NCBI GenBank assembly: GCA_951406725.2
Contig: OX597820.1
Coordinates: forward strand, 86,490,001 to 86,554,000
From: Octopus vulgaris
Lineage: Eukaryota
Reading direction: 5' to 3'
Length of the DNA stretch: 64,000 bases
Shown here: positions 30,756 through 43,889 of the stretch, piece by piece
Layout of the letters: every line of letters starts with the position of its first letter
How positions within the stretch are numbered: the first letter of the stretch is position 1
Notes under the pieces: model-generated
The model's database searches: none
Told to the model about the DNA's origin: nothing
What the model saw: the letters and a program-made list of their open reading frames with translations, nothing else
Position numbers and translations under genes: made by a program

Positions 30756-31471
30756 TTGTATTGAATCAAACGATTTACAATAACTTGGTAGCTTATTTGG
30801 TTTTATTCATCATCCTAGCATTCAAAGTAGAGGCCATCGTGTTGCATCGTCTAAAGCCACCTTTCTGCCAATCCTTTAATCTCACGGGGACACCAGTTTT
30901 TGTTCTAAGAGACGAAGAACTCTTTCAAATAATCTTCCGCCTCCTTCTGCTTGAGGAAGCTTCGTGAGCCTGGAAACTGAGCTACAGATTGGAACAAGTA
31001 ATATTCCGAAGGAGCTCGGTGCTAACTAATATTGTGGGTGTGGCAGCAGTTCAATTCCTTCAAGTTCCTGAAGTTGATTCCGAGTCGTTCGATCGATTTG
31101 AGATCTTGGGTTGTCTTGCTGTAGAAGAGCTCGCTTTCAGTTAAACAATGCCAGGTATTTTTTGCGCACAATAGCATACATCCACTGCAGTTATTCTGAG
31201 TACAGGTTGGCATCGATCGTTAGACCTTCCGAAACGAACTCGTAGTGAATTATCTCCTCATAATTCCACCAGACGCAGAAAATCCCCACGTGTTCAAAAC
31301 GCCCATGTTTGGCGATAGGTTAGTCAAACTGGCTCTTGCTCAACTACTGCTTATACGCGTTAAGATTGCGGCAAAAAATTTTTCCCTCCGATTATTGCTT
31401 ATTCTTCTGGCACTCACAGAAGTAATGCAAATACGTTACCAACAAATAGCAACACTTTTGACTCAACATAA
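30756..31471 (-). mobile_element. Internally deleted mariner element with degenerate TIRs and TA target duplication
   Basis: CVWWNYEEIIHYEF...IDANLYSE*LQ...LLQQDNPRSQ...ELLPHPQY...YYLFQS...LAERWL*TMQHDGLYFE. Ends are TA-ttgtattgaatcaaac and ttttgactcaacataa-TA. Confidence 0.85.
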
Positions 31472-31922
31472 TATATACAGCATATGCACACTTTCATATG
31501 GAGGGACAGGGAAAGAACCCTATCTTGTTTTATCTGGAGACTTGGCGACCATCGGAACAACAGCCATCTCACCAACATTGAATGAGGTATAATTAACAGA
31601 ACCCCACGTTATTCAGATCTCACAATTGCCAAATCTACCTCCATGGAAGACTACATATTCTTTAACAGCCTGCTGTATCTATTAATAGGCAGAATAAGAT
31701 CTCTTATTGTTGTCACTAGAGGTAAGCCATGCAAGTCAACTTCAAGCAACTAGTCACCGATAATCTAGATATATCATATTTGACCTGGCTATCCCATACA
31801 AATGGGTTGGGTACTTTACCGCCGCCGCCTCTGATGAGACAGACTAATCCGTGCAATGTATCCATCCTTATTTATTTTCTTTAAAGATACACACACATAT
31901 ATACATATATATACATAGACAC

Positions 31923-31977
<55 letters not shown>

Positions 31978-32003
31978 CGCGTGTGTGTGTGTGTGTATGT
32001 GTG

Positions 32004-32041
<38 letters not shown>

Positions 32042-32471
32042 TATTATATATTATATATATGCATATATATAACACAGGTCTGACATGTACACAAGCACTA
32101 GATGTATAAACACACACAAATACATGCCCACACGCACAGGACACTCATACGCACACATAGCTGGAACACATACGTACAAAATTCAGGTGCACCATCAGAC
32201 ACACCGACGATCACAGTTGATACAAATGCACACGCGTATGCGCTCATACACATACACACATCCATACACAGAAGATATAAACCCATGTGTACCAGATATA
32301 CAGACGCACATACCAGGTACACACACATACACACACCAATGAACTGCTGTGGCTAACAAACCAAACCCCGCTCCCTAGACAGATAGTCACCACCGTCATC
32401 CTGTCCTAGCATGTAGCCCAAGGAATTCGGATTGGAATACTGAATTGGACTAGATATAGCTATCAAGTTAA

Positions 32472-32690
32472 TTATTTCTACTCAAGGCACAAGTTCTTGA
32501 AAATTTTTGGAGGAAGGAGGCTAGTCGACAACATCGACCCCAGTGCGTAACTAGTACTTATTTCATCGCCTACGAAAGGATGAAAGGCTAAGTCGACCTC
32601 GACAGAATTTGAACTCAGAACGTAGCGGCAGACGATATACTACTCAGCATTTCGCCCGGCGTGCTAATGATTCTGCCAGTTCGCAGCACT
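32472..32690 (-). mobile_element. SINE family M
   Basis: gaaaggatgaaaggctaagtcgacctcgacagaatttgaactcagaacg...gattctgccagttcgc. Confidence 0.88.
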
Positions 32691-32918
32691 TCCAAATTAA
32701 TAACAGCATGTGACCTGTGTTGACGAATAGCGGCCTAATATCTAGATGCCATCTTCGACTCGTCTCATTCGGTTTCTGCGACCCTAACGAGCTTAAGAAA
32801 TTTAATGCTATACAGATCAAGCTGCATGAATCAAACTGTTGTTAAATAGTATATGCATCTCCTACAAAATGTGTTAAGTGCCGCTTTCTTTCGCTTGTCC
32901 ACTCACTCGTGTGGGTAT

Positions 32919-33020
<102 letters not shown>

Positions 33021-33488
33021 GGTACGCCTATTTGGGCACTAAGAATGCATGCCTATTAGGTTGGTGATCCTAACGAAAACTCCTCATATCCTGTATATAT
33101 ATATATATTTATATATATCGGTCAATTGTCCTTAAGTTATGAATAAAAACACACTCTACTGGGGGGCGGGGGTAGTAATGTTTTATGAATTCAAATACTA
33201 TGTTCATTTATGGTGTGTCAGAAATTGCAATATAGGCGACCAACGTAACCTGGAAGCTGGAAGCACCTGACTTCTTTACTAATGAAGTCTTGGACAGTTT
33301 CGTAATTAAAAGAACTCGCTTAAAAATTTAGCATAGAGATAGTTTCCCTAGCTAGCAGGACTCATGAGTCGCCTATACTACCCAATGCAATAATAGACAT
33401 GAAACCAACGGTAACTTTCTGACCGGCCACGACTAATGATATACTACTACTCGACTACATTATGTATATTTAAAACGTACAATCACGA

Positions 33489-33525
33489 CTGTCCGACGAA
33501 CGGCAACGTGAAACTCTGAGGAACA
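33489..33525 (+). ncRNA. Hammerhead-like motif, variant core, cleavage triplet mutated
   Basis: ctgt-CCGACGA-acg-gcaa-cgt-GAAA-ctctgag-GA-aca. Confidence 0.5.
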
Positions 33526-33634
33526 TTTTATGAAGATCTGCATCAGTTTTAATAAAAATATATGTGTATAAATATATATATATATGTGTGTGTGGAAAAA
33601 AGAGTACACAAGTACCAGAGGTAGAGTAATATGG

Positions 33635-33780
33635 TTTATTTAAAAACAGCAGAAATATAGCAAAAGCCTTTACTCAGAGTTTCACGTTCCCGTTCGTCGG
33701 ACAGTTTTGTTCGTCCGACGAACGGGAACGTGAAACTCTGAGTAACAGCTTTTGTTATGTTTCTGATGCTTTTAAATAAA
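33635..33780. repeat. Fold-back inverted repeat (68-bp arms, 10-nt spacer) with one hammerhead-like motif per arm
   Basis: 33635-33702 is the reverse complement of 33713-33780 and the inner 33 bp are perfect. Each arm carries gt-CCGACGA-acg-ggaa-cgt-GAAA-ctctgag-TA. Confidence 0.85.
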
Positions 33781-36119
33781 GTATATATATATACGATCAT
33801 TCAAGCGCACGCGTGCGACGTTTATAATTGCATAAATAGATAGATAGATATTTCTCTATATACCAAGTAATTTTCGTTCCTTAAATATCTATCGGCTAAG
33901 CCGGCTAAATTTCAATTTACAATGTATTAGTGCATCCATTTAACTACATGAATATATTTATATCCAATGCGAATAAACATGTACGTGTGCACACTTGTAT
34001 GCTATCTGCCTATGTCTAAATATATATATGTGTGCGTATGTGTATCAATCAACGTAAATATGCATACGAGAGAGGGGGAGAGAGAGAAACCAGTAAGCCA
34101 GTGCATTCATAAATTCATAAAACGTCTGTCTCTAAGCTATATTTCTTCCCTATTTTCCTATCTTCCTATCTTCTATTTATTCACTTCCTTATTTATCTTC
34201 AGCTGCCTCTCGTACGACAATGATTTTGAAGAAACCAATTCATAACTCTTAGCAGCAAACGAATTCACTGGTAAAATTCTGTTCAACTTGCCATCATCTT
34301 TAACCCTTTTGCTAATCTGTTAACTTCTAATAAGAAAAATATGCAAAAGTCATTAGACTTTGTTCGATAGTAATCCGTTCAGAGCAAGCAGAAACGGTAC
34401 ATCGAAATACGCATATCACAATTACACCCTCCCTAATAGCACACCTTGTGAATGATAACTGCACAACCAAAATGGCAACACAGGAAAAACTGTGAACAGA
34501 TAAACACTTTTCCATCATTTATCAAATTAATCATTTCCTTGGTTGTGCTATTCTTTAAACGCAGCCTGAACAGCATATCTGACAAAAACCATCTATCTAT
34601 CCATTACGTATCTAATATAACACTTATTATAGTCTTCCTTTGGTCTTTCGTAAACTATTATATCTATCATCTCGCTATTTTTCTATTGTCTGCTTTACTG
34701 AATCTATGACAGCCTCGATTTGATAAGAACATTTAATCATTAGATAAAGTCAATCCAATTTCTTCTCCCTCACGCCTTCTACAACATTAACAACAACAAC
34801 AACAACAACAGCAATAGCAACAGCAACAATATATTAATACAAATCTTTTGTCTATATGTTATTATTCTTGTGTTCTACAGCGAACTGCGTAAAGCAAGCA
34901 GGATGATATAGTTGTGTAAAGTTTGCAATGCAAGTTCGATTATTGTTTAAAGTTATTCAAGTCTCATATCCTACAGTTGTCTTTCAAAAATGTGTGACCC
35001 ATACAACGTTATTTTCCTTCCCAGAAGTATGCGCTATTTATGTACAATTAAAACTATACCAATAATCCTATTACGGCGACATCAGCAGGGATTTAATAAC
35101 AGACATTGTAGTACTTCGAAATATGCCTTCCTGCACTTAACTCCCGTTGCTTTCTGAATTCGAATACTAATGGGATCAGTTAAACAGCAGTTAACCTAGT
35201 GCAAATAGCAAAAAACAACCCGTTGCTGTTAGTAACCAGAGGTAGCACAGTGAAATTATTGTGTACGATGCTGGATTTTAATCCTAAGTTTAGTTGCTCT
35301 AGTGAGTAAAATCTGGAACAGTATTGACTCTCTCTGATATATATTCTTCACGCTAGGTACATCACTTAATATTTGATATTATCTCCTCTTGTCATGTGAA
35401 TCTTTTCTGAATTCCCATATAATAACTGTGACATATTCTCTTGAGGCTGAGATAATTTTAAATAATGAAGAGTTTATGTTGTATGGTATTTGATACACCT
35501 GTATTTGTCAGTATCACTGTATAACATTGATATTACTATCAAACTAAATTTGATGTCTTAACAACTTAAAAGCAATGAAAGAACTGTATAGTTGCCCACG
35601 ATGTTACTGTACTTATTACACCTCAAGTCAACCCTGATCGAGTAGACCTATAATGGTCAGAATTCCAGCCTTGACGACACGGTTATTTTTGTTTTGTTTT
35701 GTTGGTTGTCTTTCTTGTTTTAGAATGCCTTCTTCTTTCAAGACTAAAGGCCATAACTTAGAGGTGACTTGGTCACTATTTTTACAGAGTAGAAACGTTG
35801 AGTTTATGTCTGAGAGTACGACAAAATAGTACTGTAAGATATTAAGTTCAAATTCCTGTGTACTTTTGAGTGCCTTTGTACATATACATGTCTATGTGTG
35901 ATTATCAAATTGCTTGCAATTCATTCAAGGGTGGGTTAATTTTGCATTGACGTACGTGAATGTGGTGATGTGTTCTTGAAAATTGAATTAAAAGTATAGG
36001 GATTGCATTAGAAAATATCGTAAAGGGGTCAGTAATTATGAATAGCTTGCGACGCATCTTCCCACTATTCCTTTATAAATTGTCGATGCATTTATCTATG
36101 TAATGTAAATTAACGTGTT

Positions 36120-36157
<38 letters not shown>

Positions 36158-36210
36158 GTTAGACATGGCCTGGACCAATCTTTGGTCGAAACATATCTAA
36201 GTTTATCTAA

Positions 36211-36500
36211 GTGAATGGATTTGGTAGACGGAAACTAAAAGAAGCCTGTCGTATATATGTATATATATATATATATGTATGAGTGTGTTTGTGTGTCTGT
36301 TTTTGTCCCCCTAGCATTGCTTGACAACCGATGCTGGTGTGTTTACGTTCCCGTCACCTAGCGGATCGGCAAAAGAGACCGATAGAATAAGTACTAGGCT
36401 TACAAAGAATAAGTCCCGGGGTCGATTTGCTCGACTAAAGGCGGTGCTCCAGCATGGCCGAAGTCAAAATGACTGAAACAAGTAAAAGAGAGTAAAGAGA
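36211..36500 (+). mobile_element. SINE family O, 5'-truncated
   Basis: gtgaatggatttggtagacggaaact...gactgaaacaagtaaaagag. Confidence 0.9.
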
Positions 36501-36501
36501 G

Positions 36502-36532
<31 letters not shown>

Positions 36533-36582
36533 ACCAAAACCTTTGTTCTCTGTTTCTAATCAAACCTTTTATATCATTACTG

Positions 36583-36865
36583 AGTGCGCATGGCTTTGTT
36601 GCCTGGGGTATTCGCTAGCGATCGTAAGATCATGAGTTCGATACCTTGAGTAAAACACTTTATTTCACATAGTCCACTCAACTGGCAAAAATCTGTAATA
36701 CTTGCAACTCAAAGGGCCAACTTTGTCACATTCTGAGTCATGCTGAGCCACATAATGTGTACGTGTATCTGTAGAGTGTTCAACCACTTGCATGTTAATT
36801 TCACGAGCACGCTGTTACATTGATCGTATCAACTGGAACTCTTGTCGTAACCAACGAAGAGTCAG
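36583..36865 (+). mobile_element. SINE family C, diverged
   Basis: Collinear with 10972-11299. Confidence 0.8.
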
Positions 36866-37833
36866 ATTTGTATCATTAAGCCTTCGCTCACAAGCTGTCT
36901 CTTCTACTTACCTTATCTCATGTATTTATGCAACGAATTAGTTAGACAGTACTGTTATCTCACCATCGTTCTTTTACAATATTTTGGATTACTCTGAAGG
37001 TTTGGGTAGTGTAGTGTGGTAGGGTGGATGAAGTTGTAATTGTAAGCATTGATAGAAGATAATATAACTCTACTTACAAATAACAGAGTACGTCTCTGTA
37101 CATCTCAACATGACTGTAACTGAAAATGAAGGCGTATGATTGTAGTAGGACACTTTATATATCAAAGGGCGCAGTTTTTCGTAGTGAATGTGAAAGTTGG
37201 TTGTTAGTGTAACTCTGAAGAACTTAATTGATTGAATGCTAACTTGAGGTTGACTGTATTTATTAAGCATTGACAGTATTCTATGCAGATGGCATCCCTA
37301 GGAGATTCTTCTCTGTTCGTTTGTTATTGATTGTTTAAATCCAACTGTAGTGAAAGACTTATCTTGAGTTTTCAGTATGGGTATTGCTACGTGTAAAAAT
37401 TTCAAAGCGATTTTCATTTGTAAAATATAGGCGTGGCTGCTGATGCTATGCGGCTGATCATAACGGAAGTTTTAAAAGCGGGCGTGGATGTATCAGCGCT
37501 TACGGCTGCAGTGGATGTAGTAATAGTTTTGGCTGTGGGCGTGGCTGTCTCACCTTTGCATATTAATCTGTATGATATGATTGTTAATATTCTAGCGTGT
37601 ATGTGTGTGTGTCTGTGACAGCGTTAGTGACGTGTCACTTTGTACGTTCGTGTATACGTGTAATAACGTGGTGTTGTGTATTATATTCATGTGTATGTAT
37701 TAACGGTATATGTATAAGTGTATTGTGTTTCTGAGTGTATTTGTATGTGTATATTTGCGTATATATAGAACACTACACGTAATGTAGTGTAATACAGAGT
37801 GTGTTTGTGAAGTGCAGTATGTATATGAGAAGT

Positions 37834-37864
<31 letters not shown>

Positions 37865-38989
37865 AAGAAAGAGAGAGAGTATGTGGGGGTACTGTAAGGT
37901 AAATTTTGTGAAAATGCCCATGTTCCAAGTATATCTTAAGATACAGCGGTGAACATTGCGACAGACTGGTGGCACACGTACAGACAAATTACCAGTGCCG
38001 ACAGACAGACAGACAGACAGACAGGGAGACAAATAGGACCAACAGACAAACACATAGACTGTTAAGCAGACAAACAGACAAGCAGACCGATAGATACGTA
38101 ATCTGACAGGTAAGCAGGCAGAGTGACATTCAGAGAGTTTCAAAGTACTGACTGATTGTCTGATAGAAAGACATCGGGCAGATAGATATCCTGTTAGATA
38201 TATTGGACAGTGTGCTCGACTAATAGAATTGACAGACAGCAGATAATATATACACATGATTAGACAGACTGGTAAAAAACATACAGACTAACAGCCTAAT
38301 AGACTTGAGAGGCTGAAGGATAAATAGACGAAGATAAATATATTAATAGATAGAACCAGAACAGACAGAAAAAACAAACAAGTAGCATAAATATTATTTT
38401 TCTTGTCTCTTCTAAATAAGGGGATGGTAATTAGCGTGTGTGTGAGAGAGAAAGTGTAGGAGTCAAGCTAGCCAGAGTATGGTGTGTTTATGTATAAGTT
38501 TGTATGTGACAGAACTAATATGAATGTATAACTTAACCCTAAATTTTCGAAGCCATATTGTTTCAATATGTAACTACAATATCAAAAACCTGAAAATTCA
38601 CAGCGAAGGGGGGGGGTGAGTTCACAAAGCCAACTAACCTCTAAGGATAATGTTTGACTTAATAACAAAATGGCACAGCGAAATCCATAACTGTTCTTTT
38701 TCCTTTTTTTCTTTTTTTCTTTTTTTTTTGAAGAAGGCAAAACTCAAAGACACTGTACGAGCTCCCAACAACGTCTTTCTCTTTCAAACAAACATTATAA
38801 TGGTAATACTACTACTACAACTACTACTACTATTATTAATGAAGAACATTAGTCTTCATAATAATGGTATTAACGGTGCTCCTAATGAGGAAAAATTAAC
38901 AAAGCAACAAGAACAACCACCACCACCACCACAACAACAACAACAACAACATTAATAATAATAATAATAACAATAATAATAACAGCAGC

Positions 38990-39025
<36 letters not shown>

Positions 39026-39151
39026 AATAATAATAATAATAATAATATGATGATGATGATGATGAAGTGATTTTAAATTCTCAAACGCAGTATAATGGTA
39101 ATAATATAGCCTGATCAGGATAAGCTGCCCCTATTTTGCAGAATAAAGTGT

Positions 39152-39210
39152 TGGCGGCCGGCTATGAGACTCGAACTCACACCTCCGTGATTACGCGTCG
39201 CGGTGCTCTA
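39152..39210 (-). pseudogene. 5'-truncated tRNA-derived fragment (Thr-CGT-like), tRNA pseudogene or SINE head
   Basis: Minus strand: tagagca-ccgcga-cgCGTaa-tcacgg-aggt-gtgag-TTCGAGT-ctcat. Anticodon and T arms are present. The acceptor 5' strand is replaced by (ATT)n. Confidence 0.55.
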
Positions 39211-39776
39211 ATAATAATAATAATAATAGTAATAAAAACTGTTATCTCCACCGATAAGTTTATTGTTAGATTATTATTTAGTCTTGGTTTTACGACTTGT
39301 CGGAGTCGGTTGCTTCCTGTTTGTACCTGGGATCGAGACTGTTTTGTCTTCTGACCGGTCGGTCGTGTCTTTTGTGTCCGTCTATATCTCAGAAAACTAC
39401 TGACAACTCGGAATGTATTTTGGTTATTTCATGTTAATGTGAACGTGACTTCGTATCACTGTGAGCAATTTTTTGCTGCTTCTGTAATGAGCCGAGAAAG
39501 TTTTTGTAAGTTAATTTAAGTATATTTAGATGTTTTCTTATGTTCACCCAAGATATATACTTATAATAATGTCTAGATAATTGTATATCCACGGGTGAAA
39601 CTGTTTCAGTCTATTCAGTGTAATATTCAGTCGTTAATTGCCTATGTGCAATTTATAATGTTCAAGCATTAAATTTCAGTATATTCAACGTGTTTTCCTC
39701 ATTTAGTACTTTTCGCCCGTGTATATCAGTCATGATAAACATTTTAAATATTTTATTAGTATAAGAATATCCTCAT

Positions 39777-40350
<574 letters not shown>

Positions 40351-41054
40351 AGTATATCAGAAAACAAATAGCAGAAAACCCTGTTCAAATAATTCTTGTT
40401 CTTAAATTTATCTTATTTTTTTGTAGTCTACCGTACACTTGCCACGCACTTATATGTACACGTGGTACACGCGCACATCATAGCGTGTGGAATTTGAACA
40501 CAGAACGTAGAGATGGATGGAATGCCGCTAAGCATTTTGTCCGACGTGTTAACGATTCTGCCATCTCAGTAATAATAATAATAAAAACTACAATAACAGC
40601 AACTTTAATAATAATGGTAACATAAACGGTAATAAGAACAAATGTATTGTAATTGTAAAATACACAATAATTTGCCCTACTAGTAGTCATTGCTTCCGAT
40701 ATAATGTCGTTATAAATGTATTGTCTACATTATACACTAAATTTCTACTAAAATATACAGAGTATCTTCTACTGTTTTTGAGAGGCAGTAAGTGTAATAT
40801 TAAGTGTAAATCCTCTACTTTGCCGACAAATTATATCCCTGAACTAAGAGCTAATAATATTTCCTATGATCTCCCCTGATCTGTTTTTAGATCTAGAAGA
40901 TCTTACCAGGAAGGTTGCACTGCATGTAGTTTCTGCCGTAGAGAATCCCTTGAGATATTACGTTAGAATGATTTAATAACAACCTGCCGACATACGTTCT
41001 TCGAAATATTGACATGCGCTAATCTACCCTGATAACTATAGGCTTGTATTTCGA

Positions 41055-41471
41055 AAGGCGGCGAGCTGGCAGAAACATTAGCACGCCGAGCGAAATGCGT
41101 AGCGATATTTCATCTGCTGTTACGTTCTGAGTTCAAATTCCGCCGAGGTCGACTTTGCCTTTCATCCTTTCGGGGACAATAAATTAAGTACCAGTTACGC
41201 ACTGGGGTCGATATAATCGACTTAATACCTATGTCTGTCCTTGTTTGTCCCCTCTGTGTTTAGCCCCTTGTGGGTAATAAAGAAATAGGTATTTCATCTG
41301 CTGTTACGTTCTGAGTTCAAATTCCGCCGAGGTCGACTTTGCCTCTCATCCTTTCGGGATCGATAAATTAAGTACCAGTTACGTACTGAGGTCGATGTAA
41401 TCGACTTAATCCCTTTGTCTGTCCTTGTTTTTCCCCTCTGTGTTTAGCCCCTTGTGGGTAGTAAAGAAATA
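41055..41471 (+). mobile_element. SINE family M partial dimer with 18-bp target-site duplication
   Basis: Full monomer 41055-41288 followed by a second body starting gtatttcatctgctgttacg. TSD tataggcttgtatttcga at 41037-41054 and 41472-41489. Confidence 0.93.
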
Positions 41472-42487
41472 TATAGGCTTGTATTTCGATCCTACGCTCA
41501 CTTTTTCTGAGTACATTATATACGCTTATTTGCATAATATGCATAATAGCATTGACCAGTCACTGAAACTTTAAAAACAGCTGTAAAGATTTATCTTCAC
41601 CTTTTAACTTGAATATGAATACGTAACAACTCACATAAAGGAATTATTGTCATCATTATTGTTTGTCCATCTTGTCTCTTTCAGTTATTCGCTCGAAATC
41701 TATATTTCTTATAGCCAACACATGATCTACTAAACTATTTTACCCAGATTAGAAAGATGGAGTTTAAGAATCCGATCCGTTTGAGCACTAAGATGGTGCG
41801 TACCTATTTCACGCATTCTTTCCCACAAAATATGCAAGAGATATAAAACGGGAGGCAGGCTATCAAACGTCTGATACGTAAGGATATGACCATACATACA
41901 TGTGTGTTTGCTTAATATGTTATTACGTACACACACAAACACACACACAAACTCACACACAAGGGAGGGGAGAAGGGAATATATAGAGACATAAGTATAC
42001 AGATATACATGAATTTGTTGTATATCTGCAATCCATGAAAAGTAGTATATAAGTAGGATCATTTGTGAATGGTTGTGTGTTTAGCTCGGCAAGTCTTTTT
42101 GAATGTGTGTACTCATGTTGATGTGCGCCTTCAAGCCACTACAATGAAACTGAACACGTTTGTTTGGAAGTTTACTCCGTAGTTATAAGTTTATAGTTCC
42201 ATTGTATAGCAAAGCATACGAGATGAATGCGTTTTAGTGTCTCTCGGATCAGACCAGCCTTTGTGATTGAAATTGCGTAGATGAAACTTTTAATTCCAAA
42301 CAAAGACGCCTTGCTACACATTGTGTCACTCTTGAAATTTAAATTAAAGCAGATACTCATCTATTTATCTGTTAAATTATTAAAAGGGAATCTTTGCCAA
42401 TGAAGATGTTGTTGTGTAACAACTGGAAAACTCATTGTCGACACAAATGGTGGTGGCTTGGTGATTAGGGTGTTGTACCCATGATCA

Positions 42488-43050
42488 ACGGCGGCGGCAG
42501 CGGCGGCGGCGGCAGCGGCGGTGGTAGCCGCGATGGCAGCGGTAGCGGCGGCGGCAGCGGCGGTGGTGGTGATGGTGTTAGTGGTGGTAGTGGCAGTGGT
42601 GTTGGCGGCAGCGACGGTGGTGGTACTGCTGGTGGTGGTTATAGTGGTTGTGGTATTTGTGGTGGTGGTGGTGGTGGTGGTGGTGGTGGTGGTGCTGTGG
42701 TAGTGTTTGTGGTAGTTATGATGGTGGTGGTTGCGGAGGTGGTGGTTGTAGTTGTGGTGGTTGTGGTTGTGTGGTTGTGTGACTGTGGTGGTGGTGGTGG
42801 TGGTGGTGGTGGTGGTGGTGGTGGTGGTGGTGGTGGTGGTGGTGGTAGTTGTGTTTGTGGCAGTGGCAGTGGTGTTGGCGGCAGCGACGGTGGTGGTTTT
42901 GATGGTGTTCATGGTAGTGGAGTTAGTGGTGATGGTGATTTTAATGATGATGATGGTGATAGTAATCCTGAGTGTGAGAGTAGTAGTGGTGATAATGATG
43001 ATGATGATGATGATGATGATGACAGTGGTGATGGTGATGGTGGATGCAGA
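42488..43050. repeat. Compound (GGC)/(GGT)/(GAT) trinucleotide tract with internal duplication
   Basis: gtggcagtggtgttggcggcagcgacggtggtgg occurs twice (~42590 and ~42863). Confidence 0.9.
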
Positions 43051-43889
43051 ATTGCATATAGATGTAGCAGCAGCAAAAGCATTCCTTATAGCGATTGTTG
43101 ACACACTACTTTTTTCTGACGATCATTAAGCTCTTAAAAGCATATATCAACTCCCATTTTGACCTCTCTCAACCACGTTTACTAAAAAGTACATTTCTAT
43201 ATATTTTCTGGAATCTTCTTAAAGCAACAACCTTTCTCCTACACTCATTCCTCATCATGTTAAGAATTTACATGTCAGTTTGATTTGTAATATGAATACA
43301 CATGATTTATTTGGTTCTGTGTGCGTAGGTGTGTGTGTGTGTGTGTGTGTTTGTATGCTTCTGTATACACATTTTAGCGTACATAACTTCAACACATATA
43401 CCCACTTTTCTCCATTTAAGAACATGTGTGTATGTGTGTGTATGAAGAGAGAGCGGAGGGAAAAGAGAGAGAAACAGCGGGATCAATAGATAGATATACA
43501 CACACATATATATTCTATATGTATGCATCATGTGTGTACGTACGTATGAATATGTTCGTATATTCTTCTTTGTAGATATATATCTATATTTATGTGTGTA
43601 TGTGTGTATATATATATTTGTGTGCGTATGTACGTGTGTACGAACGCGCGCGCGAGCCTCTGTGTGTGTGTGTGTGTGTGTGTTTCTCTAAGCAGATCAG
43701 AAAGCATCAATAACGAAAATGACTCAACATAATATAAACAGCAAATTTTGCATCCTGCTGATTCATGGTTATCACAATGAAACTGGTAAAAGTTTTTGAA
43801 AATTGTGTGCCTAAATCTTATAAGCAGCCTTGGTATGTAGACTAGGCTAAGTATTAATGCCCCAATCAAATTTTTTAAGCACCAACAAC

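Noticed and set aside
31825-31865. Intact hammerhead at CTGATGAG
   Set aside because: No GAAA or stem III follows.
42361-43129. Long Gly-rich and Thr/Ala-rich ORFs (206-247 aa)
   Set aside because: Open in several frames on both strands because it is a GGT/GGC/GAT trinucleotide tract. No domain or convincing splice context.
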